IMG/VR virus record: IMGVR_UViG_3300044859_001932
Location: 1-57,680 of that record
DNA from: a virus
Lineage: Duplodnaviria; Caudoviricetes
Length of the DNA stretch: 57,680 bases
Direction: 5' to 3' (one strand)
The notes under the pieces are model-generated. The model was not told the origin of the DNA. It saw only the letters and a program-made list of their open reading frames with translations, and searched no databases. The position numbers and the translations under genes are program-made. Positions 37,446 through 47,543 of this stretch are shown here, piece after piece (positions within the stretch are counted from its first letter, which is position 1; every line of letters starts with the position of its first letter).

Positions 37446-39380
37446 TTAACCTTTTCTTTTTGCAAATATTACTCCGTGATCTGCATTGTTGTCAACCTCT
37501 TTCTGTATTAATTCATCATAAAGCTTAACCACAAAATCAGCGCTAACTAATTTTTCTATTAATGAATTGACTCTTCCGCCTTTATTGTCATGGAATTCTA
37601 AAATTATATTATTAGCTTTAGCTAGCGATTCAATATTAGTTTTATCCAGCAAATCATATTCAGCACCCTCTATATCAATCTTTAATAGATCAACTGAATC
37701 ATGATCAGACATCAGAGAGTTTAGTGTTTTCGATTTAACCAAAACCGTATTTTCGCTTATAGTTTTTGCAATGCTAGAAACTAAAGTGTTCTCTGGATTT
37801 ACACTAAGGTTAACATCTTCACCATCACCTGTTAATGCGATCTCGCTGAAAATAACATTTGGATTTTTTGAGTGCATCTTTCTGAATTCATTAGCAGCTA
37901 AAGGATTTGGCTCTATTGAGATGATCTTTTCGAACCCCACATCTAAACAATACTCTGTAAATAATCCAACATTAGCACCAACGTCAATAGCAACTTTCTT
38001 TCTGAATATGCTATCCGTCATAATGTCATATATTCGGTCAGTGAAGAACTCTTCATAATTTCTAAATATAGGATCTTTTGTATCCAATCTGCAAGCCCTC
38101 TTTGTTACGTTTCTAAATCTTATTACTGATTCAGAAATCACTTCCTCTCCCTGCTTATATTCAATTAAGAATCCACCAAAATTTGGGTTATTTTGGAAAT
38201 CATAAATATGGATGGGTACTGGAATTATCCAATAGGATCCACCTAAACTAAAGTTTATAGTGCAATGGAATATATTAGAACCACTGTCCACGTCCTTAAC
38301 ATAAACATCACAATTAAGTTCCTTTATGTTTCTTGAATCCCCTCTATAAACTATATCAAGTTTATTATCCCAAGGGGAAAATTTGTGGATAAACATATCG
38401 CTTTTATTATTCATAACTAATTCTTTTTTAGGGTTTAGTATTTCTCTTATTTGGTTTGCTATCTCTGTCATATCATCACTTCTAAAAAACTTTAGAGTGT
38501 TCGATTCCTGATACATGTCAACATAAACAGAAAGATTTCTTAGAAGCAATGTGGATTTCCAAGATATTGCTTCTTTGATAACGAGTGGACTTGTTTCCTT
38601 ATCATTGAATAAAGGAATTGAGGGGAATATAACAAGATCCGCTGCCTGATAGAATAAATCTACGTCATCTCTTTCCCCCCATACCTTACAATTGGGAGGG
38701 AGATTACTTGTGATAGGATTCCAATACCATTTAAAATTATCAGCCATTGTACCGATAAAATGGAATTCAACTTCCGGTAGCAATCTTGCAATCTCTGCGG
38801 TTTCTCTTTGATTTTTTCTTGGAGTAAATATACCTATCTGGATTATGTGTTTCTTATTAGGATCCAGTCCAAGTTTTGTCCTGCTATCTAAATAATCTCT
38901 TACTGGTTTCTTAGCTATCCCGTGTTCAATAACTTCAATTGGTACTTTAAGATCTCTTAATAAGTTAACCTGCCAAGGACTAACGACAACAAATTTATCG
39001 GGGAGATATATTTTTTCTTTAGGAGAAACTGACGAATCGTGCATGGTCTCAAATATTTTATATTCTCTGGCGTCATAGAATATAATATCCAGAAGATGGT
39101 GGCTTAAGAATTGCTCGCAAGGTTCTTCGAAATGTATAATATCAGGCTTCATCTCCTTGATTGCCTTAATGAGAATATCTTCTGGTTTATCGCCCCATGT
39201 TATTATTCTCTCTGAACCAAGTATGGATTGGATTCTTTTCCTAATTGTGTTGTAGGAAGACTCATGTCTTTTTTCAAAGACCCAAACTTCCGCTTCGTCT
39301 TTGATTTTGTCTATTTTATTCTTTAAATATTCCGGCATTCCTCCGGTAGACAGGTAAGGTACAATATAAAAAACTCTCAA
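37446..39380 (-). CDS. GT4 glycosyltransferase fused to FkbM-family methyltransferase
   Basis: STGGMP, RKNQ, FPS..ETSPLVIKEA; IDVGANVGLF, IEPN, LKIDIEGAE. Confidence 0.88.
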   Translation of the reverse strand: MRVFYIVPYLSTGGMPEYLKNKIDKIKDEAEVWVFEKRHESSYNTIRKRIQSILGSERIITWGDKPEDILIKAIKEMKPDIIHFEEPCEQFLSHHLLDIIFYDAREYKIFETMHDSSVSPKEKIYLPDKFVVVSPWQVNLLRDLKVPIEVIEHGIAKKPVRDYLDSRTKLGLDPNKKHIIQIGIFTPRKNQRETAEIARLLPEVEFHFIGTMADNFKWYWNPITSNLPPNCKVWGERDDVDLFYQAADLVIFPSIPLFNDKETSPLVIKEAISWKSTLLLRNLSVYVDMYQESNTLKFFRSDDMTEIANQIREILNPKKELVMNNKSDMFIHKFSPWDNKLDIVYRGDSRNIKELNCDVYVKDVDSGSNIFHCTINFSLGGSYWIIPVPIHIYDFQNNPNFGGFLIEYKQGEEVISESVIRFRNVTKRACRLDTKDPIFRNYEEFFTDRIYDIMTDSIFRKKVAIDVGANVGLFTEYCLDVGFEKIISIEPNPLAANEFRKMHSKNPNVIFSEIALTGDGEDVNLSVNPENTLVSSIAKTISENTVLVKSKTLNSLMSDHDSVDLLKIDIEGAEYDLLDKTNIESLAKANNIILEFHDNKGGRVNSLIEKLVSADFVVKLYDELIQKEVDNNADHGVIFAKRKG

Positions 39381-39433
39381 TGTTTTGTATTTATAGGTTC
39401 TACTATAAAAGTCAAATAAAATTTCGGGTAAAA

Positions 39434-39456
39434 GTATTGAAGGGGTGCCTTTGTAC
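39434..39456. repeat. left arm of about 23-bp inverted repeat flanking ORF 39462-40274
   Basis: GTATTGAAGGGGTGCCTTTGTAC, reverse complement of 40353-40375 apart from two single-base indels. Confidence 0.85.
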
Positions 39457-39461
39457 GAAAT

Positions 39462-40274
39462 TTATTGATCTAGAGATTCGCCACAGTTAGGGCAAAATTT
39501 CCATGTTTTTTTCTTGGATCTTGTTCCACATCCTGTACAATAATCTCTAATCTCAGTAACCTCTACAGGCTTAACTGATCTTGGAAGAATTTGATACTCC
39601 GATGTGTAACTGCAATACCAGGAGTAACTACCTGAATCTTTCCCAAAGTCCTGATCAGATTTTTCTCCTTTTTCCACTCTACCAGTTTCAAGTGAATCCG
39701 CAACTGAGCAGTTAACAGATCCGGATAAACTATTAGAAGAGTAGCTGATTGGATTACCCCCTATCAATAAAGTACTATTGAAGTAAACATTGTTGGTTGG
39801 GGTTTCTCCGAAAATAATAGGATTTACTGTTTCTGAATTGTTTGTCCATGTTTGGTGATAAGGAACATAGGTTGTTCCAGTTGAAAGCGTGCTCCAACCG
39901 TAATTTGTGTGTTCTGGGTAGAACTCAACCTTTACCTTACCGTTGTTTTTGATTGCCTCTTTAACCTCCTCTACATCATCAACATCGTAAGTCGAAAATA
40001 AGAATTTCTTCTTTTCATCGATGAAACGATCCAAGAAGTATCTTTGTCCAGGTCTAAGTACTAAACCAGAGCTACTGATAATCTTGTCGTTGAGATAGAT
40101 TTTAGCTAAATAAGATGTTGATGTTGGATTATAGAGCTCGATTTGAAACTCTTGTCCATTGTCTAGATAAACTAGATCATCCTTTGCGCCGTAGATTTTT
40201 TGTCTGTTGTTGGATACGGCTACCCAAGCTTGTGGTTTTGGAGTACTGTGTACTCCGATTGTGTTGTTTTTCAT
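39462..40274 (-). CDS. hypothetical protein with C-terminal zinc ribbon
   Basis: 270 aa; CTGCG...FCPNCG. Confidence 0.8.
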   Translation of the reverse strand: MKNNTIGVHSTPKPQAWVAVSNNRQKIYGAKDDLVYLDNGQEFQIELYNPTSTSYLAKIYLNDKIISSSGLVLRPGQRYFLDRFIDEKKKFLFSTYDVDDVEEVKEAIKNNGKVKVEFYPEHTNYGWSTLSTGTTYVPYHQTWTNNSETVNPIIFGETPTNNVYFNSTLLIGGNPISYSSNSLSGSVNCSVADSLETGRVEKGEKSDQDFGKDSGSYSWYCSYTSEYQILPRSVKPVEVTEIRDYCTGCGTRSKKKTWKFCPNCGESLDQ

Positions 40275-40352
40275 TTACCTTTTTCTTTTTTTTTAAAATC
40301 CCATTGCTGCTATTGCTAACAACTCTAAGGCCATTTTGACCCGGGACACTAA

Positions 40353-40375
40353 GTACGAAAGGCACCCTTCAATAC
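40353..40375. repeat. right arm of about 23-bp inverted repeat
   Basis: GTACGAAAGGCACCCTTCAATAC. Confidence 0.85.
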
Positions 40376-40399
40376 ATTCTATATATAATCACTGGTTTA

Positions 40400-40861
40400 T
40401 TACCAGAAATCATCTCCTTCTTGTCCATTTGAAAGATCGTTATAACCTCCGAATGAATTATCGTAGTCATCATCCTCAAATTCTTCATTACTAAAGAATT
40501 TTCTTTCTGATTCAGTAATTCTTTCAAACCAATCGCCATTATCCTTATACCAAACAGTGTTTATAGCAGGTGTTCCCGTTGTCCACTCTATTTTTGAATC
40601 ACTTGATAAACCACCAGGTATAATTGAATCTAAATCATTTACTACTTTTTTTAAATCGTTTTGTAGATCTGTGTCTAATTCTACATCCTCAACGTATATT
40701 TCTAAACATCCATTAAAGTTAGGTTCCATACAATCAATAAAGATGTTATATAAAATAATAAAATCTTCACTTGATTCCATTAGTAATTTAATATCCAATA
40801 TTTCGCTAGCTGTGAACTTGTTATTGGTTATTAGCTCTGCATTTAAAATATAATTTTTCAT
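40400..40861 (-). CDS. acidic hypothetical protein
   Basis: 153 aa. Confidence 0.7.
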   Translation of the reverse strand: MKNYILNAELITNNKFTASEILDIKLLMESSEDFIILYNIFIDCMEPNFNGCLEIYVEDVELDTDLQNDLKKVVNDLDSIIPGGLSSDSKIEWTTGTPAINTVWYKDNGDWFERITESERKFFSNEEFEDDDYDNSFGGYNDLSNGQEGDDFW

Positions 40862-40894
40862 TATTTTTTAGCTGTATATACCATACATGCTTCC

Positions 40895-41227
40895 CTATTT
40901 TATTTGACTTCCCCTGATTTTTACAGTTTCCTCTGTTATTGGACGAGAATAAAGGCTCATTACCTTAGTTCCCCCTATATTAGTAAAAGTGATTCTACTT
41001 TTCTCGTTTGGCTTAAGAGTAATGGTAACATCACCAGGTTCTTCTGAGCTGTCGCTCCATGCAAATACCACAGGAGCTTCATCATCGAATTGGAAAACCC
41101 ATTCAGCTTCTTTGAAATTTTCGGATCCTGCTATTGTAGCGGATTCCCCTTTTAATTCTGTGTTATTATCTTCCATGTTATATAAAGTTTTGGCAAAATG
41201 TTTTTCTGTGGTGTTTCGATAAACCAA
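40895..41227 (-). CDS. hypothetical protein (start probably 41176)
   Basis: ORF downstream of RNase HII. Confidence 0.65.
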   Translation of the reverse strand: MVYRNTTEKHFAKTLYNMEDNNTELKGESATIAGSENFKEAEWVFQFDDEAPVVFAWSDSSEEPGDVTITLKPNEKSRITFTNIGGTKVMSLYSRPITEETVKIRGSQIK

Positions 41228-41756
41228 CTTCTCTTATAACTGAAATGTGTTCAGGTGTTCCATAGCCAACATTCTTTTCCCATAGGTAGTGGGAAAATTC
41301 TGGACTGATAGATTTCATTAGTCTATCCCTATGAACTTTAGCTAAGATAGATGCTGCAGAGATACAGGGTACTTTAGAATCCCCTTTTATCACGCACTCG
41401 TAATCTATCCCTTCATGTCCAGGGAATTTATCTCCGTCGACATAAAGAAAATCAGGAACTATTTTACAAGAATCGATAGCTCTTTTCATAGCTAGAAATG
41501 TTGCTTGCAAAATATTCATCTGGTCTATCTCTTGAGGTGATGCTGCACCTATTCCCCATGCTATTGCATTTTCTTTTATTAATGCTTCTGCTTCTTCTCT
41601 TTTCTTTAAACTTTTTATTGTTTTACTATCCTTAATCCTGGGATCAAAAAAATCTTTTGGCATGATAACTACTGCAGCAACTACTGGTCCTGAAATGGAT
41701 CCACGGCCTACCTCGTCTACCCCGGCGATAAAATTATATTTTGACAAGTCTAACAT
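41178..41756 (-). CDS. rnhB: ribonuclease HII
   Basis: AGVDEVGRG..SGPVVAA, DSK, VDG, KGD, ISAASILAKV, GYGT, HRKTF; start corrected to 41756. Confidence 0.95.
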   Translation of the reverse strand: MLDLSKYNFIAGVDEVGRGSISGPVVAAVVIMPKDFFDPRIKDSKTIKSLKKREEAEALIKENAIAWGIGAASPQEIDQMNILQATFLAMKRAIDSCKIVPDFLYVDGDKFPGHEGIDYECVIKGDSKVPCISAASILAKVHRDRLMKSISPEFSHYLWEKNVGYGTPEHISVIREVGLSKHHRKTFCQNFI

Positions 41757-41757
41757 A

Positions 41758-43320
41758 TTATGGTTTAAGTGTGGTGAATTCACCCTTAATGAAATTGATG
41801 TGCTGAGCTTTACCATCATGGTGGATTATCACGTGTGACTGAAGCCATCCGCTAGGACCAATGTTATAGTTAACCCTTAGCTTAGTTGATGTACCTACTG
41901 CAAGTGCTCCATCTCTTCTACCTGGTGAGTGATAGTGGCCAACTACTATTTTAGTATTTAGTTTCCTGAACTGTAATAAAGATCCTCTAGATCCATTAGA
42001 TCCAATATCACCATGTTGAGCTAATTCCCAACCGTTAACTACTAAACTGTCACTTCTTCCCAGAGTTTTATATTTAGGATATTTAGCGTTTATTAAATAA
42101 GGTATAACTCCGTTTGGCGCAGCACCTTTAAGAAGTAATGCACTGTATTCCATATACTCGATGGAATTTTTCATGGTTGAAGCTTTTCTCCAGTCAGTTC
42201 CTTTTAACCACCTGTCCAAAAAGTCATCATGATTACTTCTAACAATCACAACGTTATAATTTTCAAAGCTTTTTAATCCATCAAGCATCGCATCAACTTC
42301 ACCCTTAAGTGAATTAGTTCCGTCTAATTCTCTTTGATATTGTATGAAAGGATCTTTTGATTCGTGGTGGTTGATAGAAAGTCCATCAAAGACATCATGC
42401 AGAACTACGTGATCTGGTTTTAGATTCTTGAATAGATCAAGTGTTTTTAAAATGACTCTCTCGTCATGTTGTCCGTAGTGGATATCACCTAATACAGCAG
42501 CTGCAATCGAATCAATCTTAGAAACTTCTCCTTCTTCAACTTTATAGTATAAGTCGCAGAAATCACCATCTTCGGTAGCTGTAACCTGTCTGGCAAAGAA
42601 TGTATTTGCATCTTTTATCTCCACAACAACAAAACCTAATGTGTGGTGGAATTCACCCTTCTTGCCTGATTTTGAATCGGTGTAGTTTTTAAGAGTACAT
42701 GCTCCGGTGGTCATCATCATCTTAGGAAGATTTCCTTCGAGGACAGGGATTGTTTCCATGTGAACCCTTGGGGATCCGAAGACGCAAGAATTAATTCCGC
42801 TCATACCTTGTAGTCCTGTCATTGGATCTACCGCAGTAGGCTGGATTTTAACATCCGACATGATCCACATATGTTTATGAACCTCATGACGATTTGCATC
42901 AAGATATATTGCTATTCTATTTGACCATTCGTCGTAACTTTTGTCAGAGAAAACTGAAGTTGGATTTTTATATCTCCCCGCGATGACGTGAATGTCTGCA
43001 GCTATCTCTTTTGCATAAGCCTCTATGTTCACTATAAAATCATCATGAACTGGAGTATCATTTTGTGCCCAAGTAATTATAAACCTTTTCTTCTTCTTAT
43101 CGAATTTTTTTTCCTTTGCCCTTATGTACTGAGGTGATTCGCTTAGTGCTTTTTCTGTTATACCTAATTTGGAAATCCAGTTTTGAATAGTCCTTTCTGA
43201 TTTTCCTATGAGATCACTTAGACTTTTCATTCTCTGATCCCATGTCAAATCTCTATTCCAGTAAATATCCGACATTTTAGATATTTGCTCGTCGTTTAAT
43301 TCTTCAAACTTCATTAGCAA
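41758..43320 (-). CDS. phage metallophosphoesterase-like protein with N-terminal HTH
   Basis: GKSERTIQNW HTH; GDIH, HDVFD, SNHD, HGD, GHYH. Confidence 0.8.
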   Translation of the reverse strand: MLMKFEELNDEQISKMSDIYWNRDLTWDQRMKSLSDLIGKSERTIQNWISKLGITEKALSESPQYIRAKEKKFDKKKKRFIITWAQNDTPVHDDFIVNIEAYAKEIAADIHVIAGRYKNPTSVFSDKSYDEWSNRIAIYLDANRHEVHKHMWIMSDVKIQPTAVDPMTGLQGMSGINSCVFGSPRVHMETIPVLEGNLPKMMMTTGACTLKNYTDSKSGKKGEFHHTLGFVVVEIKDANTFFARQVTATEDGDFCDLYYKVEEGEVSKIDSIAAAVLGDIHYGQHDERVILKTLDLFKNLKPDHVVLHDVFDGLSINHHESKDPFIQYQRELDGTNSLKGEVDAMLDGLKSFENYNVVIVRSNHDDFLDRWLKGTDWRKASTMKNSIEYMEYSALLLKGAAPNGVIPYLINAKYPKYKTLGRSDSLVVNGWELAQHGDIGSNGSRGSLLQFRKLNTKIVVGHYHSPGRRDGALAVGTSTKLRVNYNIGPSGWLQSHVIIHHDGKAQHINFIKGEFTTLKP

Positions 43321-43667
43321 GTGTTAAGGTTATTTGTTGTTATATCCTTTTTTAATCAAATGTTTCGATTATATAACAACGAATAAGGGGTTAAAAATTA
43401 TAAGCTGCATCGAAGAAATTTTCTTGGGTAGCTCTTATAATATCTTTATATATTTTAGATACTTAAAATTATCTTTCTATCTCTTGAAAGAATTTTTATA
43501 TAATTACATTTCTTAAATTCCCAGATAAACTCATAGTATACAAGAAGGGATTCCCTGATGCTTTCTTTCTCGGACTATATCTTTGCCGACAATATGCTAC
43601 CGACTCTATATTTTTCATGGTAGCTATGGAATTTTCAAATACCACTTTATCTATTTTTTCCAAATCT

Positions 43668-43853
43668 TTATGTTGTTGGGTTATCTATCTCTTTTATTAT
43701 ACTCAAAAGACGATTACATTTTTCATAGTCCTCAAAATATTCGAGTAATTTTATGCAATCTAATATTTTATTTTTATCACGGATTCTTTCCCTTACTATC
43801 GCAGAATAGATTATTAGATTGTTATTGTATATTTCCTTTTCGTTTTCTTTCAT
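43668..43853 (-). CDS. small hypothetical protein
   Basis: EDYEKC motif. Confidence 0.5.
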   Translation of the reverse strand: MKENEKEIYNNNLIIYSAIVRERIRDKNKILDCIKLLEYFEDYEKCNRLLSIIKEIDNPTT

Positions 43854-43984
43854 AAGACCATCATCCTAATATTATTTAATTTACAAAAATCGTAGTATTT
43901 GCAAATAACTGGGTTCCGTTTTTACAAACAAAAAACCCTCATACTATATATTAACATGAGGGTCGTTTTTAAGTAGTTATTCTC

Positions 43985-44371
43985 TTATGGATCTACCCCA
44001 AAAATAACTTTTAATGCAATAGCCAATATAGCTCCGAATATAATCCATAAAGCCTTATTAACTCCACTTTGCCATTTCTTAAGTGAATCTACGTCAATGC
44101 TAAATTTCATATAATCCTCATATCTATTTTCTTCAGATAATCTAAATTTAGTATTCTCGTTAACCTTAACAACAACACCAGTTTCAGGATCAAGAAGTTT
44201 TTTCTTCATATCCGAAATATCATCTTTCATTGACCTTTGATCTTTTTTAAGATCTTCCATTGTTGTTTGTAAATGTTTTAGTTCGCCATTAGGCATATTG
44301 GTTTTAAGATGACCCAGTTCATCTAAGATCTGTTTCATCAAAAAATTGCTCGTTATATCCTTTTCTTCCAT
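43985..44371 (-). CDS. coiled-coil protein with C-terminal TM anchor
   Basis: LWIIFGAILAIALKVIF; GATATATA upstream. Confidence 0.75.
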   Translation of the reverse strand: MEEKDITSNFLMKQILDELGHLKTNMPNGELKHLQTTMEDLKKDQRSMKDDISDMKKKLLDPETGVVVKVNENTKFRLSEENRYEDYMKFSIDVDSLKKWQSGVNKALWIIFGAILAIALKVIFGVDP

Positions 44372-44457
44372 GTTTTTTGGTTAATTTTGCCCAATTACCA
44401 AAAGATAACTGATTATATATCTAGCGGGGATATAAGAATCTAAAGGATTTCTAAAAA

Positions 44458-44682
44458 TTATCTGAGTGTTTTTCCTTGAGGATATTCAACTGTTATTCCG
44501 ATTGAGAATTCACTAAATACCTCAAATGCATCCTCTGATGTCTTCACGTAAAACACACCATAAAAAGGCTCATCCTTTTCACACACCTTATCCTTTATTA
44601 TTTCACAGTTAAAGTAGTTTATAAGGGAGCAAGCCTCTATGTGGGATTTTGGATCATGTGTTTTTACGTAAAATTCAACCAT
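44458..44682 (-). CDS. hypothetical protein
   Basis: 74 aa, TAATG-coupled to the upstream ORF. Confidence 0.6.
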   Translation of the reverse strand: MVEFYVKTHDPKSHIEACSLINYFNCEIIKDKVCEKDEPFYGVFYVKTSEDAFEVFSEFSIGITVEYPQGKTLR

Positions 44683-44966
44683 TATTTCTTACCCGTTACT
44701 ATTTCTGATATGGTATTACAATCCATTCTATAGTAATTTTCTTCTGAATCCTTAACTAACATCAATACCTGGTCTATAGTACCCATTAATTTCATATTTT
44801 TTTCCTTGAACACAAATTCTGAACCCAGATGACTAACCTCTAAAGAGGCTCTACGGATCCATTTGGTTTGGTTTCTTCTATAAAGATCTTCATAGTGTTT
44901 AAGCATCTCCTTACTGGGAGCTTTAAATGGGATTAGTTCTGATTTTTTATTTTTCTTATTTTCCAT
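44682..44966 (-). CDS. hypothetical protein
   Basis: 94 aa. Confidence 0.65.
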   Translation of the reverse strand: MENKKNKKSELIPFKAPSKEMLKHYEDLYRRNQTKWIRRASLEVSHLGSEFVFKEKNMKLMGTIDQVLMLVKDSEENYYRMDCNTISEIVTGKK

Positions 44967-45163
44967 ATTAGATTAAGTTCTTACTGAGTTCTTTAATATC
45001 TAGGAGTTTATTGTCTTTTAGCGAGCTTGCTATTTTTCTCATTTTAACACCTAATGCCATGTCGTTTGGTGTTTCTCTAGTGATCGTGAGAATTAAATCT
45101 TTTAGATCCTCGTAGTTTTTTGGTGCTTGTAGTTCATCGCTCATTGTGAATTTAGTTATTTTT

Positions 45164-45958
45164 TTACATATTAGACTGCTTCAATATGCCTTTCTCACTA
45201 TTAAAGCAATGTAACGAAGTTATGTGCATAACAAAGTAACCTGGGGTAACATCTGACCATCTTTCAGGATCTCTTTGTTTTAGGTTGTCTAATAACCACA
45301 TAAGTTTTCTGCATGCCATATAAACATCGTCTCTAAAGTGTCTTATATAATCGCATGACCTTATGTAATATGTCATATGTAACCAATTTCCTCTTCGAAT
45401 AAACTGATACCCTAAAGTACATGGTACACGTTCTCCGTGAACCGTTCCAGTATCTTCGGGAAACCAAATAGGTAAAAATGCTTGTCTGGTAAAAGGTTCT
45501 CTCTCCATAAGATCTAGTACATCTCCAAAATCTCCATATTCGTATCTAATCCCTTTATTGGGTTCATCTATATGTTCGAATTTATCACCAGCAAATTTAG
45601 GCCAGATTCTCTCTGGATATGTATGGGAGAATTCACTATGTCCACCAAATTGAGCATTATTCTTCTGAGCAAAAGGCCATCTAACATGTGAAGGTGGTGG
45701 ATTTAAAGGCTGGCCCCCAATTCTTTCTTCGAAATGTTCATCTGCCCAGGGAAGATTTGGTCTGATCTCAGTTACTAGCTCATCTATGGTGTGTGGCATA
45801 AAAAACTGGAAAGAATGGTTCATGGTCTCCCACATATCATCAGGAGATTCTATCCCCTGCCATTTTTCTGTTTTGACTACATAACCGTGATTAAATAATT
45901 GATCCTTGGTCCATTTAATCGATTCATTCGGTTTGAAAAAAGTTTTTATGCCTCCCAT
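45164..45958 (-). CDS. divergent thymidylate-synthase-family protein (candidate dCMP-modifying enzyme)
   Basis: TRQA, VPCTLGYQF, RSCDYIRHFRDD, ITSLH. Confidence 0.8.
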   Translation of the reverse strand: MGGIKTFFKPNESIKWTKDQLFNHGYVVKTEKWQGIESPDDMWETMNHSFQFFMPHTIDELVTEIRPNLPWADEHFEERIGGQPLNPPPSHVRWPFAQKNNAQFGGHSEFSHTYPERIWPKFAGDKFEHIDEPNKGIRYEYGDFGDVLDLMEREPFTRQAFLPIWFPEDTGTVHGERVPCTLGYQFIRRGNWLHMTYYIRSCDYIRHFRDDVYMACRKLMWLLDNLKQRDPERWSDVTPGYFVMHITSLHCFNSEKGILKQSNM

Positions 45959-46004
45959 TTTTTAGTTTATAAAGGTTTTAGAATAAAGTGAGAAATAAAT
46001 TTCA

Positions 46005-46664
46005 CTATACGTGTAAAATTACTGGAGAATTTCTAACTTCATAATAGAAATCCAGAACGCTAGCATTTACGTAGATTATATTATCCTTTTCGGCTATGCC
46101 CGAAGCCTCGTGGATATGACCAAAAACATGAATCTTTAAATCCGAAAGATCCTTTATTTTATTGGCTAATCTAGGGCATCCAACTCTAAGTCCCGTTTTA
46201 GTAGCATCGAGTGTTAGGTATGGAGGACCGTGGGTTATCAGAACATTGATGTTATTAGGTATAAGATCCCAATGTCTATTTATTTCATCCTCGACTCTAT
46301 TGAATGCCCAATTATGAAACCAAGGTGTTACTGGGCTACCCCAGAATTTTAAACCTTCCAATTCCACCCCGCTATCATTAAGGTATATGATGTCAGAGCC
46401 TATCCTATCTAAGATCTCTTTCGATTTCTCAGGATCCTGCTCAAACAAAAAATCATGATTGCCTGCAATCATGATTTTATTCTTAAACGGTAAACTTTTA
46501 TACCACTCGATAAATTCTTCAACTTCCCAAACTTTCCCCCTGTATGAAATGTCACCCGCATGAACTATTATTGAATCCGGATAATCGTTGTATATTTGTT
46601 TTAAATCGGCATCTATCTCAAGGTGTTTGGTGTGGGTATCCGAGATTAAAACTAAAGTTGACAT
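46005..46664 (-). CDS. metallophosphoesterase
   Basis: ISDTH, HAGD, AGNHD, THGPP, FGHIHE; start corrected to 46664. Confidence 0.9.
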   Translation of the reverse strand: MSTLVLISDTHTKHLEIDADLKQIYNDYPDSIIVHAGDISYRGKVWEVEEFIEWYKSLPFKNKIMIAGNHDFLFEQDPEKSKEILDRIGSDIIYLNDSGVELEGLKFWGSPVTPWFHNWAFNRVEDEINRHWDLIPNNINVLITHGPPYLTLDATKTGLRVGCPRLANKIKDLSDLKIHVFGHIHEASGIAEKDNIIYVNASVLDFYYEVRNSPVILHV

Positions 46665-46677
46665 AGATTTATATTTC

Positions 46678-47001
46678 CTAGTTAGTTGATCCGCTGGCAT
46701 TATTAGTGTCATTTACATTTTTTAAAGATTCAGATACTATTGGCTTTTTATCAACGTTAACGTGTTTTCTGTTGCAAGCCTGTGGGGGCTTTACATAGGT
46801 TGTATCATGGACGTAAACCTTCTCTGGCTTAGGACAAACGTGTTCTACCATTACTTGATTTACCTTGACAGATACGCTATCTTTCTTTTTCAATGTCGCA
46901 TATAAAGTTCCGACAATAAACATGGTAATAATAAAAAATATTAACGATAATGGGATAACACCTGTCCAAAATACTTTTCTAAAGTTATTGCTCTTTTTCA
47001 T
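46678..47001 (-). CDS. membrane-anchored hypothetical protein
   Basis: N-terminal TM helix. Confidence 0.7.
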   Translation of the reverse strand: MKKSNNFRKVFWTGVIPLSLIFFIITMFIVGTLYATLKKKDSVSVKVNQVMVEHVCPKPEKVYVHDTTYVKPPQACNRKHVNVDKKPIVSESLKNVNDTNNASGSTN

Positions 47002-47407
47002 TTAGTTTTTTTATGATTTCTTTAAGACTATGTTGAACATTATTTCTATACTCCCTTTCCATTTGGGTTCTTCTTTTTTCTACCTCCTCTATAAAAGTTT
47101 CAGTTAGCATTTTTTCAGATTTTTGTGAAAGCGGAACGTTATATCCATAGACATGATTTACTATCGATATCTGATTGTTTCCTAAAACTAAAAGCATTGA
47201 CTTATCATGAGCTCTTATGTAGTATTTACCTGACAGTGGTGAGGTAAGAAGCTCTGACTCAGGCTCCTTTAAAAGTTTCCTAAATATGGCTGATGTTTCT
47301 TTTTCGCTCTCGTCCATTTTGGAGTAATTTAAAGGATTCATCAGACGAGAAAATTTAATTCCTATTTTCTGGGTAATTCTTTTTAGAGTATGAATTCGGT
47401 TGTCCAT
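46985..47407 (-). CDS. hypothetical protein
   Basis: 140 aa downstream of a promoter motif. Confidence 0.75.
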   Translation of the reverse strand: MDNRIHTLKRITQKIGIKFSRLMNPLNYSKMDESEKETSAIFRKLLKEPESELLTSPLSGKYYIRAHDKSMLLVLGNNQISIVNHVYGYNVPLSQKSEKMLTETFIEEVEKRRTQMEREYRNNVQHSLKEIIKKLNEKEQ

Positions 47408-47445
47408 TTTTTTAATTTATTGATTATTACTTTTTTTATTTTATG

Positions 47446-47477
47446 CAAATTTATATAGTGACCGCGGATAAAAAAAA
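47446..47477 (-). promoter_or_regulatory. Bacteroidota-type promoter
   Basis: TTTTTTTTATCCG...TAAATTTG. Confidence 0.7.
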
Positions 47478-47486
47478 TATTTCCAT

Positions 47487-47524
47487 AAAAAAACCTGCTA
47501 ATTTATAATATTAGCAGGTTTTTT
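47487..47524. terminator. intrinsic terminator
   Basis: AAAAAACCTGCTAAT...ATTAGCAGGTTTTTT. Confidence 0.8.
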
Positions 47525-47543
47525 AATATAGTTTCGCTATCGA

